Origin: Octopus sinensis | Taxonomy: Eukaryota | Length of the DNA stretch: 14,668 bases | Direction of reading: 5' to 3' | NCBI RefSeq assembly: GCF_006345805.1 | Contig: NW_021825757.1 | Location: 1 to 14,668, forward strand | Shown here: piece by piece, positions 9,134 to 14,668 of the stretch | Numbering within the stretch: position 1 is the first letter of the stretch | Layout: each line of letters begins with the position of its first letter | Program-made: the position numbers and the translations under genes | The notes under the pieces: model-generated | The model's input: the letters and a program-made list of their open reading frames with translations, nothing else | Databases searched by the model: none | Told to the model about the DNA's origin: nothing

Positions 9134-9335
9134 TCTATATATGTCTGTCTGTATGTATCAGTGTGTGTGTCTTTGTGTCAGTGTTTGTCCCACCGCTTGA
9201 TGACCTGTGTTGGTGTGTTTACGTTCCGTTAACTTAGCGGTTCACCAATATACTCCAATAAAATAAGTACAAGGCTTAAATAATTAAGTACAGAGGTCAA
9301 TTAGTTCGACTCAAAACTTCTCAAACCAGTGCCAT
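9134..9335 (+). mobile_element. Type 1 SINE linker and 3' half (continuation of 8608-8763)
   Basis: (TATG/TG)n linker, then TGTTTGTCCCACCGCTTGA..TGTTGGTGTGTTTACGT..TAACTTAGCGGTTC..AATAAAATAAGTAC. Confidence 0.9.
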
Positions 9336-9711
9336 CTCTATATATACACATAATGCTTTCCGAGCCATTTTCGTTAAAGGAATTGTTCGTTACACGAGAA
9401 ATTGAAATACATACAAATAGAAGAAATCCGTTCATGCCACTCCCCAAAGCCACATAAAAGTATATATTATACCTTAACGTTGATACAATAGAAAATCATG
9501 TAAAAGGTCGAATGTAGTGTGACTGCTCAGTTTGGTTTACCACTAAAACACCGGCTTGAACAGAAAAATGTGGTGCAGAAATTGTGTATCAAAGGTGATA
9601 TGAAGTGGTTGATCATTGAGCGGAGGGACATAAATTATAACAGATAATTATCAAGAAAAATATTTAGCGTTAATCAAGAACATTCATTTTATAATTTATA
9701 ATATAAGTATA

Positions 9712-10085
9712 GGTGCAGGAGTGGCTGTTTAGTAAGTAGCGTGCTTACCAATCACATGGTTCGGGGTTCAGTCCCACTGCGTGGCACACTGGGGAAATGC
9801 GTTCTACTATAGCCTCGGGCTGACCTAAGCCTTGTTAGTGGATTTGGGAGACGGAAACTGAAAGACATCCGTCGTAAGTGTGTGTGTGTGTGTGTGTGTG
9901 TTTGTCCCGCCACCATCGCTTGACAACCGGTGTTGGTGAGTTTACGTACTCCTAACTTAGCGGTTTAGCAAAAGGACACTATAGTATAAGTACTGGATTT
10001 ACAAATAATAAGTCCCGGGGTCCATTTGTTCGATTAAAAAGACTCCAGCATGGCCGCAGTGAAATGTCTGAAACAAATAAAAGAA
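9712..10085 (+). mobile_element. Full-length type 1 SINE
   Basis: A-box-like TGGCTGTTTAGT (9722-9733), B-box-like GGTTCAGTCCC (9765-9775), central GTGGCAC..GG..AATG.GTTCTACTATAGCCTCGGGC, (GT)n linker, and tail ending CCAGCATGGCCGCAGTGAAATG.CTGAAACAAATAAAAGAA. Confidence 0.95.
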
Positions 10086-10179
10086 CTGTGCAGAGTGGTT
10101 ATAGAAATTGTCAATGTCTCTTAGAGCTGTTTCTAGAATAGCTAAGCATGTTATTGAGTAAAGAATTCCATCTGAGCAA

Positions 10180-10445
10180 ATCATTCCGTTATTGGAGAAA
10201 GAAGAAGAAAATGCAGAAATGCATTATATCCTTTATCGAGGATATTATTCCTTACCAGTCTTTTGGGAAACCATGGAGTTCTCAGATAAATGTGTTGGGT
10301 ATTTTCGTGATCGAAGAGTTAGTAAAGTTTCTAGGAAGGTCCCTGGCAAAGGATAATGGAAATTAAGAGTTGCATCTTTGAATAGAAAGTGAATCAGATT
10401 TGGAAGGCCTTGGAAGAGTCTATTATTTGGCGAATGAGAAACATA
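10180..10445 (+). mobile_element. Possible decayed L1/Tx1-like LINE C-terminal region (zinc-knuckle relic plus W..RN motif)
   Basis: 10183-10266 reads IPLLEKEEENAEMHYILYRGYYSLPVFW, resembling C-P-L-C-x4-E-x3-H-x4-C-x4-W with the Cys residues lost. IIWRMRN follows about 55 codons later (10422-10442) in another frame. Confidence 0.4.
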
Positions 10446-10633
10446 TGAGAGTATATAGAGATTAGTCTATATAGTGAGGGTGTGTTTGACTTAGGGGTCA
10501 AGGGGATAAATGTATACGCACACATGCATACAGACATACATATATACATATGCGCACTAAAATATACACACATACATGCAGTGGCATATTCCTATAGATA
10601 TTCACACGCAAGTGTGTACATCTATAAGTACAA

Positions 10634-11336
10634 GAATTGTAAGATTCTTCAGCAAAGATATAGGAATTTGGCATAGATATGTGCGCCACATAAGTCATAA
10701 GAAGGGGACAGGTAGTCAGCAGTGAAGGCCAGATAGCAAGAGAGTAAAATCACTGAAGGCAGAGAATCATAAGTGCTTCGGAGTATTAGAATCTGAGAGT
10801 GTACTAACAATGGAAATAGATAAGGAGTACATCGGAAGGGAAAAGAAGCTAATAAAGGGAAAGCTTAGTGTTCTAAATCTAGTAAAGGTTGTAAAACTTT
10901 GGGAAGTATGGTTACTTCGGTATTCAGCAGATTTTGTTGATTGGAAAAGATCTCAATTTGCAAATCTTGACAAAATAACTAGGAAGGAATTCGATATGAA
11001 TGGAGGACTTCAGCCTCGATTACGAAGAGCAAGATTTACTTAGAATAACGAAGGTGGGTGAGGTTTAATATCAGCAGAAGGTACCGTAGAGTTGCTAGTG
11101 TTGATGTATATAATAGTGAATATAATTTATGAGTTGCAAGAGTTACAGTAGGAGACAGGAAAGGAAAAAGCCAAATGAAATTAAAACCAGAAAAAAGAAG
11201 AGAGATTATCTAACTGACAAGAGAATGTTTTTCCCTGGTAGATTGGCAAAGATAGTTGCAGGAAATAGTAATATTGAGACATGGTTATGGTTGCTGAAAG
11301 GAAGCTGAAAGGGGAGACAAAGTTTGTAAGCAAAAT
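10634..11336 (+). mobile_element. Second copy of the same decayed R4/Dong-like RT fragment (paralog of 269-980)
   Basis: Reads FSKDI..EFGIDMCA. ORF 10810-11043 (KEYIGR..KL.KGKL...NLVK.V....V.LLRYSADFVDWKRS..ANLDK.TRK...MNGGLQPR) and ETWLWLLKG.LKGET follow. It aligns to 269-980 at about 89% and has the same 3' truncation. Confidence 0.85.
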
Positions 11337-12192
11337 CTTAATTGTGTATATATGTATATATACACAAACGTACTCACACAATATAAACTATTGTTTGTAT
11401 ATGGAATAATAATAAATTGGTATGCGGATTCTCACGTGAACAGCTTAGGGAATTAGTACCGTCTTTACCCTCTAGTACCTGCATCTGCTGTGTGAGACCT
11501 GTGGCAAGTTACGCAGGGTGAACTGGACGCCCCTAAACCATACAGAGAATGCTGCCCCTGAGATAACCCATGAACATGAAAGTTACACACATGGAGAGTA
11601 AACCACGTAGAATATCGCTTTCATTCTTCTGCTAGTAGCAGAATAATTCAGGCCTAGATGTCATTTAATAACTTGATGCGTCATCTTGATAGTAAGGTCG
11701 GACTAATATTTCGGAGAGATCTATGAAATTTAAAATCCACATCATGTGATGCATTACAATAATTATTGCAAATATAGGTTTCAGGACTAATGAATGTCCA
11801 TTACTTGAACATTTGCGCTATCAGCCCTATCGTAAGACTTTGAGACAATGATATTCCATTGTCTACCACCCTACCGTCTTAACCACAGAAACAATAGAAC
11901 ACACATTACGATGTAAATAAATCAACGGGATAATCATGACCGAAACGCCTGTGGTCATAGTCATTCCGCCAGTGAACAACTAGAATACTTTACAACCAAC
12001 TGAAATATATTCTTGGAAATGAGGAAAATTGGTTGGGTATGCATTTTAGTAACTAGAAAGATGAGGTCGTGTCTTTGAGCAGATATCGCAATCCCAATAA
12101 TCGATAAAAACAATGGCGTTTGTTTTAGAAAAGCGTCAAGTAGATAAGAATATTCTCTGGGTGTTGCCAGGACATATGAAAAATAGCATTTT

Positions 12193-12329
12193 GGTAATAT
12201 AATTGAAGTCGAGGACACATGAAATCGTGATTAAGGTCATGATTTCAGATCCTGGGACGAGTGGTGTATTGTGCGCAGAACACTTCATCTTATGTTACAC
12301 AGCGACCATTTCAACACTTGACGTGTAGG
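12193..12329 (+). mobile_element. Old tRNA-derived (CORE-like) SINE relic, paralog of 1486-1620
   Basis: About 93% identical to 1486-1620. Confidence 0.55.
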
Positions 12330-12868
12330 AATGGTGACTAGCTGGAATATGGATTTATTTTCCGGATATTAAAGTATTTCAGCCAATCACATACATCAAG
12401 GGAAAATACTGCCACTCTCGTTTAAAAAATATAGAGAATTATTACAACAGGATATTTCATTCAGTATGCATTTCGGATAGAAGCTGGAAGGTGAGACAAA
12501 AAATTTATATGAGGCAATAGAATATTCAGATAAGTGGATAAGACTTTTAATTTCTGTAAAAAAATTTGAAACTGAAGTAATATTTGGAGTCGGCTTTATA
12601 AAGGTAAATAAATTTTTGTTACTTTTCTTTTAAGATTTAACATTTGTATCTACACACACATGTATATATGATTTATTTTTCCCTCTCTCTCTATCATTCT
12701 ATAACTATGCAACTTAATAGAATAATGTTGTTCCTGACAATCATTTGTCGGTGAGCATTTGGTTCCAAGCAACCATAACATTGTTACATGCACGTCAGAA
12801 TTATTATTTAAATATTTGTTTGTCTTGTTCATCCTGTATATAGACTTATACATAAACACACATGCATA

Positions 12869-13031
12869 GGCGTGGCTATGTGGTAAGATAGATGGTTCGC
12901 AAGCAGATAGATCCAGGTTCAGTTTCACTGCATGGCAATTTGGGAAAGTGTCTTCTACTATAGCCTCGGGCTGACCAAAGCCGTACGAGTGGATTTGGTA
13001 GACGAAAAAACCGAAAGAATTTCGTTATATA

Positions 13032-13116
<85 letters not shown>

Positions 13117-13380
13117 ATGCATAAGTGTGTGTGAGTTTGTTTGTTTGTGTATGTGTGTGTCTGTCTTCGCGACTATGTTTGTTACCCTTTCATAACTTAC
13201 AGCAGGTTTTTACGCCCCCTCCTTAACATTGCGGTTCGGCAAAAGCGGACAATAAAATAAGTACTTGGCTTACAAAGAATAATCCCTGATGTCAATGTAT
13301 TGGGCTTAAAGGCTTATGATATTGTGCTCCAGCATGGACGCAGGCAAATGACTTCAACAAGTAAAAGAATTAAAGAAAAA
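12869..13380 (+). mobile_element. Type 1 SINE, paralog of 2155-2623, with expanded (AT)n linker
   Basis: Same head and tail motifs and same flanks as 2155-2623. Confidence 0.9.
13026..13112. repeat. (AT)n microsatellite inside a SINE linker
   Basis: Seen directly. Confidence 0.97.
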
Positions 13381-13384
13381 GTAT

Positions 13385-13478
13385 ACACATTGATATATGT
13401 GTGTGCTTATGTGTGTGTATATATCTAAATGCGTATGAATACATATATAAGTATTTATATACCTATATATATATATAT

Positions 13479-13567
<89 letters not shown>

Positions 13568-13770
13568 TGTGTGTGTTTGGATGTTTCGCCTCGTACACTT
13601 GTGCATGTATTCACATACATGTAGACACACGCTCACATATACATTCATATATATATATATATACAAACGTACATACATACACACATTCATATGCACACAC
13701 ACTCATACACGCACACATATTTGTGCGTGTTTGTGTATGTATATATATCCTCATGCATCTTTATATACCA
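13385..13770. repeat. Compound (AT)n/(GT)n/(AC)n microsatellite
   Basis: Seen directly; paralog of 2624-3060. Confidence 0.97.
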
Positions 13771-14106
13771 TACATGTTTACATATGACACCGCGTAGCAA
13801 TTCTTCGGCCTAAAATCCTAGATTGCCACCTATAAAGTGGTTTCGGGTTTAGGTAGAATGCCAGTAGTTGTGTTTTGTGGGGAAGGTGGACTGTCGACTA
13901 ATTGGACTTCAGTACCTCTGAGAAATGAAAGGCAAAGGGGAGTTCGACAGGAAAGGAACTCAGAACGCGAATAGATAAATCAATTTTTGTTACTTTTCTT
14001 TTCCAAGCAACCATAACGTTGTTACACGCATGTAAAAACTATTAGTTAAACATTTGTTTGTCCTGTTCATCCTATATATAGACTTATACATAAACACACA
14101 TGCATA

Positions 14107-14258
14107 GGCGTGGCTATGTGGTAAGAAACTTGCTCCGTAAGCACTTAGATCCAGGTTTAGCTTCGCTGCATGGCAACCTGGGAAAGTTTGTTATACTATA
14201 GCCTCGGTCCGAGCAAAGACTTGTGAGTGGGTATTGTAGACGGACCCTAAGGAAGTCC
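14107..14258 (+). mobile_element. Type 1 SINE head, paralog of 3527-3700
   Basis: Shares diagnostic variants with the 3527 copy (GGCAACCTGGGAA, CGAGCAAAGACTTGTGAGTGG, GACGGACCC.AAGGAA). Confidence 0.88.
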
Positions 14259-14504
14259 TAGATGTCATTTAATATATTGATGGTTCATCTTGATAGAAAG
14301 GTCGAACTTATACATCGGAAAGATCTATGAAAATTAACATCCACATCATGTGATGTATTACAATAATGATTGTAGATGTAGGTCTTAGGACTAATGAATG
14401 TCCATTACTTGTATATTTGCGCTATCAGCCCTATCTTAAGCATTTGAGACAATGATATTCTTTGTCTCACACCCTACCGTCTTAACCACGGAAAGAACAC
14501 AACA

Positions 14505-14668
14505 CAAGAAATTCAAAAGATAGTGCTCATGGGAACTGCTCATATCCTACGCAAAATACTCTCTATGTAATCCCAAGGTTTAAAACAAACTTTTTTTTTA
14601 TTTATTTATTATTATTTTTTTATGTATTAGACATTCACTAGTACAACACCAAAAAAAAAACTAAATAT
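14505..14668 (+). mobile_element. 5'-truncated 3' end of an RLE-type (R4/Dong-like) LINE: ORF C-terminus plus start of 3' UTR, running off the window
   Basis: 14505-14570 reads QEIQKIVLMGTAHILRKILSM*, matching the I/LQK.VL.GTAHILRK.L terminus of RLE-type LINE ORFs. It starts abruptly inside the duplicated block. Confidence 0.75.

Larger units (their letters stand above)
10634..14506 (+). repeat. Segmental duplication, copy B
   Basis: Direct-orientation paralog of 269-3850. It carries an extra 348 bp (11346-11693) and is cut at its right end by the LINE 3' fragment. Confidence 0.95.

Noticed and set aside
9531-9594. Possible 64-nt exon (CAG|TTTGG..AAAG|GTGATA)
   Set aside because: It has no real pyrimidine tract, the peptide is unrecognisable, and such sites are expected by chance.
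9712-9790. tRNA-like A/B boxes as a possible tRNA gene
   Set aside because: No cloverleaf forms, and the sequence continues directly into the SINE body; the same applies to the other SINE heads.
11653-11900. LRR-like (LD.SFNNL) and LRR-CT-like (CLTPYRL) fragments
   Set aside because: Both copies that contain the start (11653, 14257) need the same frameshift, and stops follow immediately. The motifs are too short to be significant.
2033-13797. Supplied ORFs rich in YI/CV/TH/SL/I runs (e.g. 2718-3071, 6234-6644, 7297-7572, 13401-13787) and SINE-overlapping ORFs
   Set aside because: They are read-throughs of dinucleotide or trinucleotide repeats and SINEs, and they are not conserved between paralogous copies.
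1-14668. CRISPR-like or prokaryotic defence arrays
   Set aside because: There are no regularly spaced identical repeats with unique spacers and no gene-dense architecture. All repeats are explained by SINEs, microsatellites and segmental copies.

Overview
AT-rich, non-coding, repeat-dense animal DNA, most likely from an octopus. That assignment is an inference from recognising octopus-type tRNA-derived SINEs and long (AT)n/(GT)n/(AAT)n tracts. I find no intact protein-coding gene, RNA gene or CRISPR array; the supplied ORFs are microsatellite read-throughs, antisense frames of A-rich repeats, or retroelement relics. Contents: (1) decayed R4/Dong-like (RLE-type) LINE reverse-transcriptase fragments at 1-980 and 10634-11336, a LINE 3' end at 14505-14668, and a possible L1/Tx1-like relic near 10.2-10.4 kb; (2) many SINE copies or fragments of three types; (3) a ~3.6-3.9 kb segmental duplication (269-3850 vs 10634-14506) that is itself a patchwork of internally re-copied blocks, with a heavily deleted sub-copy (3700-4094) and an older paralog (5360-5915). 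The best leads are the serial microhomology-deletion architecture, two 26-bp blocks conserved between old and young paralogs, and an antiparallel SINE-in-SINE insertion that makes crossing inverted repeats. I see no convincing evidence for a new gene system. Identities quoted are rough hand counts.
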